Of a stretch of DNA of 64,000 nt, positions 8,957 through 19,707 are shown piece after piece. The DNA is from a bacterium (GTDB lineage Bacteria; Patescibacteriota; Patescibacteriia; S139-126): positions 24,691-88,690 of the forward strand of contig DAOUWZ010000002.1 of NCBI GenBank assembly GCA_030666865.1, given 5' to 3'. The notes under the pieces were generated by a model. The model worked only from the letters and a program-made list of their open reading frames with translations, made no database searches and was not told where the DNA came from. Numbering within the stretch: the first letter of the stretch is position 1; every line of letters begins with the position of its first letter. A program made the translations under genes and the position numbers.

Positions 8957-11161
8957 TTGAAATCAATGTCAATATCAGATACAATACTAATACATATGAA
9001 CAAAAATGAATATAACAATGCAATATTTCAAATAAACACGCCTAGATCTATAAATCATAGCGATTTTCAAACATTTTCTTTGGAAACAAACATAGATTTG
9101 GGTATTATTTTATTTGGCTTTGAGTCATCCCTGCCAGCAGGTACCCACAATAAAATCAAACAGCTGGCAATCGAATCAATTGATTCTTATTTTATTTCGC
9201 AAAATTTAACTAATCCGCTAGACACATTTGAATCAATGTTATCTGATTTAAATAATAAATTTTTTGATATAGTGAAAGAACAAATAAGTTGGACACGCAA
9301 AATAAACATTAGTATTGTCTTGCTACTAGATAATAAACTGCATTTTGTTAATTATGGCAACAATCACCTATTACTTATTAAACATCGATACATGGTGGAT
9401 ATGATAAAAGAAATGTCAGTCAACTTGCAAGTACCTGGAAAAAAATTATTTGATCAAATGTATTCTGGCTCAATTGAAAACTTTTTCAGATTTACCCTGT
9501 GTAACCAAGCTACATTTGATTACACCTCTTTTGAAACAACAAAAGATATATTAAGCCTACTTCCTATCCAAAACATCCAAACTCAAATAGAACAACTGAC
9601 TACTAAAACACATCGCAATCAGAACATTAGCGGAGTAATAATCCAAAAAATTAATAACGAAGTTCAAGAAAATATTTCTGAGGTCTATAAATCAGATGAA
9701 CAGCCTCAAAATTCTATAGAAAAATTAATTCAAACATCACAAAGAACAAAAAAATTATTAAAACCACAGCTATTACCAGACATCTTGCAAATATTTAAAT
9801 TTTTGAAGAAAAAAGAAAAAGAGACTATTTTGAAAGAAATGCCAGAAAAAAATTTGCCAGAAAAACCTATTTACAAAAGATTTAAATTTTCTAAACCTTC
9901 ATTTAATAAAATACCATTCAATCTTTCCAATATCTTATTGAAAGTCAAACATAAAAAAAATAAAACAATTGACATCGTAAAAAATACTCCGCAAAATTTT
10001 CTTTATCTTTGGAAAAATTTGAAAAATAAATACACTAATCTCCCTAAATCTAGTAAATATCTCCTTAATTTTGCTTTAATTCTACTGCTAGCACTTGCTA
10101 TTAATCTGGTTACTTTGGGCCTAAAACAACAAGCCAAAGAAAAGGTAGAATTTTATGATTCTTTGATTGAACAAATTACCTCAAAACATGATGAAATCCA
10201 AGCAACCATCATTTATGGAGATACAAAAAAAGCCAGGGAACTCTTGATTAATAACATGAATTTGATTGCCAAATTACCGCAGAACAATGAAGATAGGAAA
10301 AATACCTATAATATGCTTTTTGAAACTAATCAAAAATTCATGGACGAGGCTAATAAGCTTTACACTATCCCCTCCCCTTTGTTGCTAATTGACCTTAATA
10401 AATTTAATAATTCGGTTGATCCTATAAATATATCTTTAAATAAAAACTCTATCATTGCCCTGACAAATGAATCAATCATAAATATAAATATTAACACCAA
10501 AGAAATATCTGAACTCTCTTTTACTGACTTTAATATTATCAACCCTAAATATTCAATTCCTATCGATACTATAAACCTAATATATTCTGAGGACGGTAAA
10601 ATATTCAGATATGATACTATTACAAACAGCTTTGCTCCCACAAAAACTACATTTACTTATAACAATAATAAAATTTCTGACATTGGCACTTATAATAATA
10701 ATTTGTATTTATTGGATACTACCGAAAATCAAATCTGGAAAATGAATAAAGTTGGAGATAATTTTTCATCACCAAATAAATGGACTAAGGAAAAATTAGA
10801 TATCTCAAACGCAACCAGTTTTACAATTGATGGTAATATATATATATTAGAAAACAATGGCAATGTCACCAAATTAACTAGAGGTAATAAAAAAGAATTT
10901 AATTTAGAAAAAATTGAACCACCGCTTACAAATACAATCAAAATTTATTCCGAAACTGACATCCCCTACTTGTATATTTTAGATAAAAATAATAATCGTA
11001 TAATTATTTTTGATAAGCAAGGTAAATTAGTTAAACAATACAAATCAGATAAATTCAATAACAGTAAAGATTTTGCTATAGATTATAAAGCTCAAGAAGA
11101 TAGTACTTTGGTATATATACTAGCTGAAAAAAATATTTACCAAATTGCCATTGAGGAATAG
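8957..11161 (+). CDS. membrane protein with degenerate PP2C-like N-domain, one TM and C-terminal beta-propeller
   Basis: TM at about aa 370-388; repeated NLYLLD/GNIYIL/YLYILD blades; exact start uncertain. Confidence 0.65.
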   Translation: MKSMSISDTILIHMNKNEYNNAIFQINTPRSINHSDFQTFSLETNIDLGIILFGFESSLPAGTHNKIKQLAIESIDSYFISQNLTNPLDTFESMLSDLNNKFFDIVKEQISWTRKINISIVLLLDNKLHFVNYGNNHLLLIKHRYMVDMIKEMSVNLQVPGKKLFDQMYSGSIENFFRFTLCNQATFDYTSFETTKDILSLLPIQNIQTQIEQLTTKTHRNQNISGVIIQKINNEVQENISEVYKSDEQPQNSIEKLIQTSQRTKKLLKPQLLPDILQIFKFLKKKEKETILKEMPEKNLPEKPIYKRFKFSKPSFNKIPFNLSNILLKVKHKKNKTIDIVKNTPQNFLYLWKNLKNKYTNLPKSSKYLLNFALILLLALAINLVTLGLKQQAKEKVEFYDSLIEQITSKHDEIQATIIYGDTKKARELLINNMNLIAKLPQNNEDRKNTYNMLFETNQKFMDEANKLYTIPSPLLLIDLNKFNNSVDPINISLNKNSIIALTNESIINININTKEISELSFTDFNIINPKYSIPIDTINLIYSEDGKIFRYDTITNSFAPTKTTFTYNNNKISDIGTYNNNLYLLDTTENQIWKMNKVGDNFSSPNKWTKEKLDISNATSFTIDGNIYILENNGNVTKLTRGNKKEFNLEKIEPPLTNTIKIYSETDIPYLYILDKNNNRIIIFDKQGKLVKQYKSDKFNNSKDFAIDYKAQEDSTLVYILAEKNIYQIAIEE

Positions 11162-11284
11162 CATTAGTTTTTAGGTTTTAGTTGTTAGGCGATGATAATT
11201 AAATGTTTATATCAAAATTCCCCCCGATATTATATCCGAGGGGAATTTAATATTTAATACCTATTTAAATAGGTATTAAAATAC

Positions 11285-11713
11285 TTATTTCAAATTTACA
11301 CCAGCCCCAGCTTCTTCAAGTTTTTTCTTCATTTCTTCTGCTTCTTCCTTTTTAACAGCTTTTTTAATCACTGTTGGTGCTCCATCAACCATATCTTTAG
11401 CTTCTTTTAAGCCCAAAGCAGTAATTTCACGAACCGCTTTAATAGCGCCGATTTTATTATCACCAGCTGAAGTCAATTCAACATCAAATTCACTTTTTTC
11501 CTCAGCAGCTTCACCAATAGCAGCGCCTGGCACAGCCGCAATGGCTACTGGAGCTGCAGCCGAAACGCCGAACTTATCTTCTAAAATTTTAACCAGTTCA
11601 GACAAGTCAAGTACGGACATTTTCTCAATCTCTTCAATAATACTTTTAAATTTTGCTGGAACTTCTACTTTTTTTTCTTTAGCAGCTTCCTGCTCTTTTT
11701 TTTCTTCAGTCAT
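11285..11713 (-). CDS. rplL: 50S ribosomal protein L7/L12
   Basis: [30 protein letters not shown]. Confidence 0.98.
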   Translation of the reverse strand: MTEEKKEQEAAKEKKVEVPAKFKSIIEEIEKMSVLDLSELVKILEDKFGVSAAAPVAIAAVPGAAIGEAAEEKSEFDVELTSAGDNKIGAIKAVREITALGLKEAKDMVDGAPTVIKKAVKKEEAEEMKKKLEEAGAGVNLK

Positions 11714-11724
11714 ATTTATATTAA

Positions 11725-12249
11725 TTAATTCTTAGATTCTTTAATCGCGTTAAGAGTATAGACTAAATTTTTTATATTACCAGATAAAACATTAACGAAA
11801 CCAGCTATTGGCGCCTGGATAGTGCCAACAGTCTTTGCTAATAATTCTTGTCTAGATGGTAAGACAGCTAAATTTTTAATTTCCTCAGTGGTAATAAACA
11901 CTTTTCCCAGTAACCCGCCAAAAATCTGCATAGCTTCGTTATCTTTAGCAAATTTAGCCATTATCTTAGCTGGAGCAACTTCATCCTCATAACCAAAAGC
12001 AACCGTGAGGCTGCCAGAAAAATCATTAATTTTATTTTCATCTAAACCTTGTTCTTTTAAAACAAGTTTTAGCAATCGCTTCTTAGCCATTTTTAGTTCA
12101 GCACCTTCACTACGCAATCCTTTACGCAAGTCTTCGGTTTCGTTAACTGTCAAACCTTGATAAGAAGCAAAAACTGTCGCTTTAGCTTCAGTAAATTTAT
12201 CTGTTAACTCCTTAACTTCTTGTTTTTTTTGTTGTTTAGTTTTCGCCAT
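11725..12249 (-). CDS. rplJ: 50S ribosomal protein L10
   Basis: [28 protein letters not shown]. Confidence 0.97.
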   Translation of the reverse strand: MAKTKQQKKQEVKELTDKFTEAKATVFASYQGLTVNETEDLRKGLRSEGAELKMAKKRLLKLVLKEQGLDENKINDFSGSLTVAFGYEDEVAPAKIMAKFAKDNEAMQIFGGLLGKVFITTEEIKNLAVLPSRQELLAKTVGTIQAPIAGFVNVLSGNIKNLVYTLNAIKESKN

Positions 12250-12471
12250 AAATTATTTCTTGAATTTATTTTCCGCTATTCATTACTTATTGTTTTATGA
12301 ATCTCGGCTATCCACGCTTTGTTCCGCATCCGCGGAACTACGCGGGATTGTAACTGCTAATAAAATTTTCTGCGTTTACAACTTGAAAATTTCAAGCCAG
12401 TTACAAAAAAAAATCTGTTTACAACAGACTTCCAGTTTCTCGACCTTAACCTAAATAAAAATTTAGGATGG

Positions 12472-12583
12472 AAACCTCGATAGGCGCTCACGTGCATTAA
12501 ACCTTTTAATTCTGATGTCTTTATTTAGAAATTAGTAATTAGACATTAGAAATTCACTCAGGTGCCTATTGTCTGTGGTTCTT
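12472..12583 (-). promoter_or_regulatory. L10 ribosomal protein leader
   Basis: rc ACCACAGACAATAGG...TTTAA...CCTATCGAGGT matches the L10-leader pattern; promoter TTGACA(12614-12619)-17-TATTGT upstream. Confidence 0.75.
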
Positions 12584-12714
12584 GTTATTTACAATAATAT
12601 ATATATTATACTATGTCAACCATTAAAATACACAGGTCAAACCTATATATAAAAATACTTGACAAAACTGACTAATTGTACTAATTTAATATAATTTACA
12701 TTAACAAAAATAAC

Positions 12715-12898
12715 TAGACTCACTGTATAATAAATTACGTAACGACGAAATTTTCAGATTTTGAGATAAATTTTTAAAACAATTTTTGAAGTTTAGCTTA
12801 AGCCTTGCCTACCGGCAGGCAGGTAAACTGAAAATATTTTTTAGAAATTTAGCCAAAATGTGTAATTGCAGTAGTAAAATTATTATGCAGTGAGTCTA
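12715..12898. mobile_element. MITE-like element with 19-bp terminal inverted repeats
   Basis: TAGACTCACTGTATAATAA ... TTATTATGCAGTGAGTCTA; internally palindromic; nested CCTGCC palindrome. Confidence 0.7.
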
Positions 12899-12997
12899 AG
12901 TAATTAAATTTACCAGAAAGGGGTAAAAAAATTGTATTTTCCAAAATACTAAATGAAATTAAATTAATTATGTTTAACTAACTTTATAGGGGTTATT

Positions 12998-13996
12998 ATG
13001 AAGAAATTGGAAGAATCAAGAGTAGTGATCATTGTGGCCATTGTAGCTGTCGCTATTTTATTCGCTATGATGTTTAAAACAACAGAACAACCACAGTTAG
13101 ATCAAACAATAAGTAAAATTGACAGCCTGATCCACGAAATCCGGATTATACAACAAAACGCTATTGCCATGGAAAATGCCCGGGCAGAAACCACTATGCT
13201 TGATCGCGCCTTTACGCGCGATATGTTTAATCAAGCTGAACAGCTGAAAAATCAAACCAAGCAACCGGAAAAATTGTCGCTTTTGGATTCTAAACTAACA
13301 AACGCTATCAAAAAATGGACAGCGGATCGGAATATTGAGGTATCCGAATTTGTACCAAATGAACTGGAATTAGGGATTGAAACTAATCAATCTTACGATT
13401 CTACTGCGACTAAAACGGAAACAAAACCAAAAATGTCAAAAAAAGAAGCCACCCGGCTACTGCCCATTAAAATGACTGTATACGAAACCACAATCGATAG
13501 CATCCGCATGGTGGTTAAAGATGAAATTTCCGCAACAGCTACACAGTGGGATTTTTGCTATCAAAATAATATGTTTCAGGTGCCGGAAGTGGATAAAAAA
13601 ATGCTGAAATTTTTTCAGCGTATTCCCAGCTCACGCAATTTAGCAATTCATCTTTATTCGGATAATCTCCGATATTATTTTGAAAATAAGCACGACATAT
13701 ATTTTTTTAACAACTTCGCCGACACGACCGCTTATATCATGGATGCGCTATTTCGTTTTCATCAACAAAAAGAAAACGCGCACAAAAAGATACAGCGGGT
13801 AGCCGAACTGAGAAGGATACTATTTCAGCATCCGGAAATAGAAATGAAAATTAAAGGCTATATGGAATGGCAGGGGTCGGATGAACATTTGCAGATGCTT
13901 TTGGATAAAAATCCAGATTTCCTGACATATTTAAGTGGAATTAAACCGGATATTCCGCCATACACCATCGGCTGCACCAACACTATTTATAAATAA
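12998..13996 (+). CDS. orphan protein with N-terminal membrane anchor
   Basis: 332-aa ORF with hydrophobic N-terminus, AGGGG RBS, terminator at 14018-14045, visibly higher GC than neighbours. Confidence 0.75.
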   Translation: MKKLEESRVVIIVAIVAVAILFAMMFKTTEQPQLDQTISKIDSLIHEIRIIQQNAIAMENARAETTMLDRAFTRDMFNQAEQLKNQTKQPEKLSLLDSKLTNAIKKWTADRNIEVSEFVPNELELGIETNQSYDSTATKTETKPKMSKKEATRLLPIKMTVYETTIDSIRMVVKDEISATATQWDFCYQNNMFQVPEVDKKMLKFFQRIPSSRNLAIHLYSDNLRYYFENKHDIYFFNNFADTTAYIMDALFRFHQQKENAHKKIQRVAELRRILFQHPEIEMKIKGYMEWQGSDEHLQMLLDKNPDFLTYLSGIKPDIPPYTIGCTNTIYK

Positions 13997-14017
13997 TAGC
14001 TCTTTCTGGAAATATAT

Positions 14018-14045
14018 AAGGGGTTGCGCTTGCGCAACCCCTTTT
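14018..14045 (+). terminator. intrinsic terminator
   Basis: aaggggttgcgc-tt-gcgcaacccctttt. Confidence 0.75.
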
Positions 14046-14099
14046 AAATTTATTTACACACAGGTCGACCCAGGGAACTCATGGCCGAGAGAAGAGTAG

Positions 14100-14362
14100 T
14101 GTGTATTATCCCCTCTATCAAGAGGGGTGCCCGAAGGGCGGGGTGTGTTATTTTCTTTAAAATAAATAAATTTTCTACCTACCACTACCTATTACACACC
14201 CCTTTAATTCCCCTCTCAAGAGGGGATTTTTGCTATTAATGTATTCTACAGTTAAAACATAATTGAGGCATTCCCCTCTCCTCCTCGAGTCTGAGTCTCG
14301 GAGTCGATGACCAGAGAGGTGGCCATGAGCTTGGCGAAGCGACGGGGTGTATTATCCCTCTT
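14100..14362. repeat. cluster of CCCCTCT..AGAGGGG REP-like palindromes
   Basis: tcccctctatcaagaggggtgcccgaagggcggggtgtgt ... acacacccc..ttcccctctcaagagggga; third copy at about 14270 carries an insertion. Confidence 0.75.
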
Positions 14363-14489
14363 GATGTATATTAACCTAATCACTATTTATAAATATAAAC
14401 CAATAATAATATTATCCTGCTTTGTTACGTAGCGTGCTACGTAACAAGGTAAGTAGCAAAATTTTTGTAAACTAAATTTCTATGTTCAA

Positions 14490-14523
14490 ATCGTAGGGTA
14501 CACATATATGTGTACCCTACGAT
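14490..14523. repeat. GTAG-type REP palindrome
   Basis: atcgtagggtacacatatatgtgtaccctacgat, perfect palindrome. Confidence 0.8.
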
Positions 14524-14596
14524 ATTATTAAATGAAAAACCTGGAACAACGTTCTGTTCCAGGCTTTCCCTCCTTTATTTTAAAATAAACTAAAAG

Positions 14597-17392
14597 TTAA
14601 AAAACATAGTTACGGATTACTCCCTTTCGGATGTAAGTCGCGGCATAGGCACAACCACCGTCACCCCAAACTTTGGCAACAACGACAATGTTTCGCTCTT
14701 CCCACTGCAAATCATTCATATAGAACGACTGGACTTCAGATTCGTCCAAAGTGAGTGGGAAACGACTATCAACTGACAATGGAAAGACCGCTATACGACC
14801 TCCCGTCGCATATTCAGACTCAAGATTGATTTCGTACTTTTTGCACGAAACCTTCCTTAGTTGATTCGGCTGACCATCATCATAGTCAACCTGCCACCAC
14901 AATTTCGGCGCATACACCGGCGGTGAGATAATAACGGGCTGTAATTCAAAGTACAATTCGTTTACTACGCCCTCAATCGCTTTAAACGCCATTACCACAG
15001 TTTGGTAACCATCAGCTTGCAGAATCACCAAATGCCAACCCGGCTCTACAGCATAATTATAAATCGGCGTAGTGCCAATTTCCATAGAATCCAAGGTTAC
15101 CGTGGCGGTGACATTGCTAGTAATATTAACCAGTGTTTCTCCGGGGCTAGATGGATCCAAATCCTTATGAACAACCATGGAATCACCAGGCACAACTGTA
15201 AAAGCAGAATGCCAGGGTTGATAACCATCAAGTTCATACGAATAAGTATGAAACCCAGGCTGCAGTTTTATCCAACCAGTATTAGTTTGATAATTCTGCA
15301 AATACCCATCAAGATACACTTTGGCGCCTGCCGGAGCTGAACTAAACCGTACCCAGGCATCCAAGGTGGGATTTATATACCCGCCTTTGACATAAACCTT
15401 GATAGTTTTATGGGTAATTCCGCCAGGCCCAGATACTTCCAGCGTATAATAATACACTCCAGAAGCTTCCTTAACTTCAGTAACAGACCCGTTAGTCGGC
15501 ACAATACCGATTCCGGAAATAACCGCACTGGTAGCGCCAGAGGAAGTCCACTGCAAAGTAAAAGGTTCGCCAGCCATAGCGGTATCAGGTCCGGTAAATA
15601 AATTAATAACAACCGGATCCGGACTGTCAATAAAATTGAAAGTCAAAGTCTTAAGTTCACCCGAATTGAGCTTCACCCAATTTTTTTGATCAACATAGCC
15701 CGTACGAGTAACCTTAATTTCTAAAACTTGATTGGCGATAATAGTAAACACGTTATCCGTATCACCGACATAGGATCCGTTGATGTAAATCTTAGATCCG
15801 CCGCCCTTATTATCCTTAATCGCCAGCTGCGCTTCATTGTCTTGTAGTTTCTCTTTAACAAAAACTGTAAGACTTTTTGAAGCTTGACCGCCGGGTCCAG
15901 ATACTTCCAATGTGTAAGCGTATTCGCCTGATGCGTATTTAACATCTGAAACGCTACCGGAAGTCGTAACTGGTCCAATACCATTAATAATAGCATTATC
16001 AGCGCCAGAAGATGCCCAGCTTAAGGTAAATACTTCATCGGCTTCTACAGTATCCGGTCCAGTGAATGATCGAATAACAACCGGATCCGGACTGTCAATA
16101 AAATTGAAAGTCAAAGTCTTTAATTCCCCGGCAGACAGTTTTACCCAATCCTTTTGATCGGCGTAACCATCACGGGTAACTTTAATTTCGTGGATCTGAT
16201 CGGCTATAACGGTAAAATAACTATTCGTATTACCAACGTAATTACCGTCAATCTCAACCCGAGATCCGCCATCTTTATTATCCATAACCGCGACTTCTGC
16301 AGTATTATCCGGTAATTTCACCAGATAAACTGTGGACAGAATAGCGGTTTGTCCGGCAGTAACGCTAAACGGAATATTTTTAGATTTATAACCGGCTTTA
16401 TGTACTGCAAGAGAATAATCACCGGCTGATAAACCATTAAAATACACCACTTCGCCATCAAGCATAACATTCACAGAATCAGCTCCAGGGTAACTATACA
16501 AAACTACCTGGTCATATCCGCCATCTACTGCCATCATAACCGAACCGGTAGATGGTGATTCTTCTGGAAAATCAAAATGAAATTTAAGTACATTTCCAGA
16601 CTGAGCAGTTTTGGTGTCCTGTATCGTCAAACCATTTTTAGAAACAGTAGCTGTGACAGTAACACCAACCTCAACTGAATCATGTGCAGACAAATCAATC
16701 GGCGTTTTACCCTGATAAGAGTAATAACCGTTAGTGACAATATAATTAACTGGATCATTATTCGTAGTAACAACCAATGGCACTTTTTCTTTTCCTGAAT
16801 CAATTTCTTTAGGAACCATTCTGACATCAAGAGCGGTCCGTCGCCCATTTATCACCTGAACTTGCCCATAAAAAGGACGATAATCCTGATGAGATAGACG
16901 CACAAAATAATCACCACCTGGTAAATAGAATTTATCAGACGAATATCCGATCGCGACTGTATCCTTGGAATCAGCATTAATAACATAGATATCGGCACCC
17001 TGCATATTCATAGTGTTAACCACAAATATGCCTTGAGTCGGATTATCAGTCAGCTTGGTTAAGGAATTTACTACGAACAACTTCTGCTTATCCGGTTCAA
17101 TCATAAACTTTTCATCCTGAGTATCATACCCAGGGGCATAAGCTTCCATATAAAATTCCTTATTAGCGGGTAATTCCCAGACAGTTGATTCACCAGAATT
17201 TAATAATTTTTCCTGCCCAGTATGAAGACGAATGGTCACTGGAATGGAAAATTTGTTTACTGCTTCCAGCTTTCCGGTTTCTCCATCTGTTACCTGCGGT
17301 CCAGCAATGTTATTCTCCTCATGAAAGGTTGTGCAAGAGGAAAACATAATCACCGCCAGCAAAACCGTTAAAATCACACAAATATTTTTCAT
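14597..17392 (-). CDS. PEGA-repeat/Ig-like (PKD-like) surface lipoprotein
   Basis: Lipobox-like VIMFSSC; repeated S.PAGAKVYLDG, G.H......DGY; duplicated 156-aa module; AAGGAG RBS. Confidence 0.85.
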   Translation of the reverse strand: MKNICVILTVLLAVIMFSSCTTFHEENNIAGPQVTDGETGKLEAVNKFSIPVTIRLHTGQEKLLNSGESTVWELPANKEFYMEAYAPGYDTQDEKFMIEPDKQKLFVVNSLTKLTDNPTQGIFVVNTMNMQGADIYVINADSKDTVAIGYSSDKFYLPGGDYFVRLSHQDYRPFYGQVQVINGRRTALDVRMVPKEIDSGKEKVPLVVTTNNDPVNYIVTNGYYSYQGKTPIDLSAHDSVEVGVTVTATVSKNGLTIQDTKTAQSGNVLKFHFDFPEESPSTGSVMMAVDGGYDQVVLYSYPGADSVNVMLDGEVVYFNGLSAGDYSLAVHKAGYKSKNIPFSVTAGQTAILSTVYLVKLPDNTAEVAVMDNKDGGSRVEIDGNYVGNTNSYFTVIADQIHEIKVTRDGYADQKDWVKLSAGELKTLTFNFIDSPDPVVIRSFTGPDTVEADEVFTLSWASSGADNAIINGIGPVTTSGSVSDVKYASGEYAYTLEVSGPGGQASKSLTVFVKEKLQDNEAQLAIKDNKGGGSKIYINGSYVGDTDNVFTIIANQVLEIKVTRTGYVDQKNWVKLNSGELKTLTFNFIDSPDPVVINLFTGPDTAMAGEPFTLQWTSSGATSAVISGIGIVPTNGSVTEVKEASGVYYYTLEVSGPGGITHKTIKVYVKGGYINPTLDAWVRFSSAPAGAKVYLDGYLQNYQTNTGWIKLQPGFHTYSYELDGYQPWHSAFTVVPGDSMVVHKDLDPSSPGETLVNITSNVTATVTLDSMEIGTTPIYNYAVEPGWHLVILQADGYQTVVMAFKAIEGVVNELYFELQPVIISPPVYAPKLWWQVDYDDGQPNQLRKVSCKKYEINLESEYATGGRIAVFPLSVDSRFPLTLDESEVQSFYMNDLQWEERNIVVVAKVWGDGGCAYAATYIRKGVIRNYVF

Positions 17393-17405
17393 TACATCAC
17401 TCCTT

Positions 17406-18173
17406 CTATAAATTGATATTCAGATTAAAATTAATTCCGTTTACAAATTTACTGCTTCCCTGCCATGATCGCGATTGAGCTGGCGCGTAATTGAAATTGG
17501 CATTCAAACGGCCATAGACCAAATTAACACCAATCAAACCGCCAGAAACCTGATAATAGGTTTCGTTAGAAGACACACCCTGTTCTGATCCATGAATACC
17601 GCCGAGATTAAGTCCCAGCCAATTATTCACAAAATAAGTCAACTGACCGGAAAATAAAAATTCCCGAACTTTTTCATGCGGATTTTCCATCTCTAAAGGA
17701 TTTACTCCGCCTTGTAAAAACAAAGCAAAACTTTTCCCAATCGGAAAGGAAATCTGCAACATACCAGCGGAAAGATCTTGATTTTTTCCACCGTACCAGG
17801 TAGCAAATCCGGCGCCCAAATGAATACCTTTCAGAAAAATATTTTCCCTACGGGTATTGCGGATATAAGAACCATAGCGCTCATGCACTACTTCTCCGGA
17901 TGCCAACTTTGCAAAAACTTCACGAAGTTTTGTAGCCGGGGCTTTGATATTAATATCATTACCCTTGCCAACAATAACAATGAAAAAATCCCCAGAACGT
18001 GGCAATAGCCGAAGTACTTGGAATTGGTGATTGGTTTTGATTTGTTCAATCAAAACTAAGGCCTGAGGAGTTAAACTCCCCCGCTCAACCTCCAGCTGAT
18101 ACACCTTTGGACGCTGGGCCCAAACAGATGTAACCAGCAAAAACATTAGTGCAACAAAAATCAATCGTCTCAT
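17406..18173 (-). CDS. secreted protein with C-terminal outer-membrane beta-barrel-like domain
   Basis: Signal peptide (SVWAQ); alternating amphipathic strands ending FVNGINFNLNINL; AAGGAG RBS. Confidence 0.6.
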   Translation of the reverse strand: MRRLIFVALMFLLVTSVWAQRPKVYQLEVERGSLTPQALVLIEQIKTNHQFQVLRLLPRSGDFFIVIVGKGNDINIKAPATKLREVFAKLASGEVVHERYGSYIRNTRRENIFLKGIHLGAGFATWYGGKNQDLSAGMLQISFPIGKSFALFLQGGVNPLEMENPHEKVREFLFSGQLTYFVNNWLGLNLGGIHGSEQGVSSNETYYQVSGGLIGVNLVYGRLNANFNYAPAQSRSWQGSSKFVNGINFNLNINL

Positions 18174-18270
18174 GACGACTCCTTTCTTGGTTAATTTAAC
18201 TATTAGTTAATTATTTTCTTCAATTTTTAAAGCAACAAATAAGGGATTGTTTCCCTTGAGATTTCATAAA

Positions 18271-18299
18271 AGAATAACATAAATGGTCTAGTTTGTCAA
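18271..18299 (-). promoter_or_regulatory. sigma70-type promoter of the PEGA operon
   Basis: rc TTGACA-17nt-TATTCT with TG extension. Confidence 0.6.
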
Positions 18300-18347
18300 T
18301 AACAAAATGATCGCTAAAATTAGCGATATTTATAACAGAAAAACAAC

Positions 18348-18377
18348 TGTAGGGTACAGGCATGCCTGTACCCTACA
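18348..18377. repeat. GTAG-type REP palindrome
   Basis: tgtagggtacaggcatgcctgtaccctaca. Confidence 0.8.
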
Positions 18378-18407
18378 AAAATAAAATCGTAATACCTATT
18401 TAAATAC

Positions 18408-19409
18408 TTATTTCAAATATTTTCGATTAGCTTTATGTTCATCAAGCGTTTTACCAAAATAAGCTTTGCCCTCTAGTGAAGTCAGAAAAAAATAATAATC
18501 ATTTGCTACCGGATAAATAGCAGCTCTAATAGCATTCATACCAGGATTGGATATCGGTGTGGGCGGATAACCTAAATATTTATATAAATTATATTTTGAA
18601 TCAATTTGCAGTTCATCATAAGTTAAACTTGAATTTTTTCCTCCAGTAGCATAATTCAAAGTGCTATCAGCCTGCAGAGCCATGCCAATTGCTAATCTTT
18701 TCAAAAAAATATCAGCGACAATTTTCATATCCTCAGCTGCTTTTACTTCTTTTTCAACTATTGATGCTAACATAATAACTTCATGAAAACTGCGGTTGCT
18801 ATTTTCTATATCATCTAACAACTGACTGTTCATTCTGATTGAAAATGTTTCCAACATTTTTCTGACAATAGTTTCCACATCTGCGTCAATATAAAAATTA
18901 TAAGTATCAGGAAATAAATATCCCTCCAAGGTTTCATTATTATTAAGATCACTTAAAAAATCAAATTCATCTTTCCATAAACCAACTTTATTCCATTTAT
19001 CAAATTCTGCTTTACTTAAAATTAATTTTTGTTCAAACAAGTAATTGGAAATATCATCAACAGTCCAACCTTCAATAAATTGCAAAATTATTTCCTCAGC
19101 ATTTATTTTTGAAGTAAATAAAACCACTAAGTCCTTAGTACTTACTTTTTCTGGTAAAATATATTTTCCCGCCACAAATTTACTTTCTTTCCCTTTTAAC
19201 CATGAATAAGACTCAAAAATAAACTTGTTGTTTATAATATCTTGTTCAAAAAGATTTTGACTAATCTGATTTACCCCATCGCCTCTTACTACTTCAAACT
19301 CTATCTCTGAACCTATATTTCTAACTTCATTCAAAGATGATAAAAAGAAAAATAGAAAACCAATCCCTCCTACTATAATTATTAAAATTAAAAATATAAT
19401 TTTTTTCAT
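18408..19409 (-). CDS. mltG: endolytic transglycosylase MltG
   Basis: LEGYLFPDTY, LASIVEKE, LQADST, PPTPISNPG. Confidence 0.95.
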   Translation of the reverse strand: MKKIIFLILIIIVGGIGFLFFFLSSLNEVRNIGSEIEFEVVRGDGVNQISQNLFEQDIINNKFIFESYSWLKGKESKFVAGKYILPEKVSTKDLVVLFTSKINAEEIILQFIEGWTVDDISNYLFEQKLILSKAEFDKWNKVGLWKDEFDFLSDLNNNETLEGYLFPDTYNFYIDADVETIVRKMLETFSIRMNSQLLDDIENSNRSFHEVIMLASIVEKEVKAAEDMKIVADIFLKRLAIGMALQADSTLNYATGGKNSSLTYDELQIDSKYNLYKYLGYPPTPISNPGMNAIRAAIYPVANDYYFFLTSLEGKAYFGKTLDEHKANRKYLK

Positions 19410-19419
19410 ATTGTATATT

Positions 19420-19699
19420 GAGATAGTTGTAAAATTATTCTAATTGTAATTTATTCCTTTTAACTGCAACTTCATCGGATTAGAACAAAAATATTTTTAT
19501 CATAGTTATTATCAGGCAAGTAAATATAGACTGAGCGAGGCTAAATGCCTCGCCTACGCGATATATAATTATTCGCGTAGCTGAGGCATTTAGCCTCGGT
19601 ATAAAGCGCTCAATTCAAGTATCTTTACTGTCTTACCGACGAGTTTATCTCGTATAAACAAGCTAAATTTTACTACAAAATAATCTTGCAACTACCTTA
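19420..19699. mobile_element. MITE-like element with imperfect TIRs and nested GTAG REP doublet
   Basis: GAGATAGTTGTAAAATTATT ... AATAATCTTGCAACTACCTT; inner cgaggctaaatgcctcgcctacgcg..cgcgtagctgaggcatttagcctcg. Confidence 0.55.
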
Positions 19700-19707
19700 T
19701 TTAATTA

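Noticed and set aside
12629-14070. ACACAGGTC direct repeat flanking the 12998 gene as att sites
   Set aside because: Only about 9 bp identical and no integrase; could be chance
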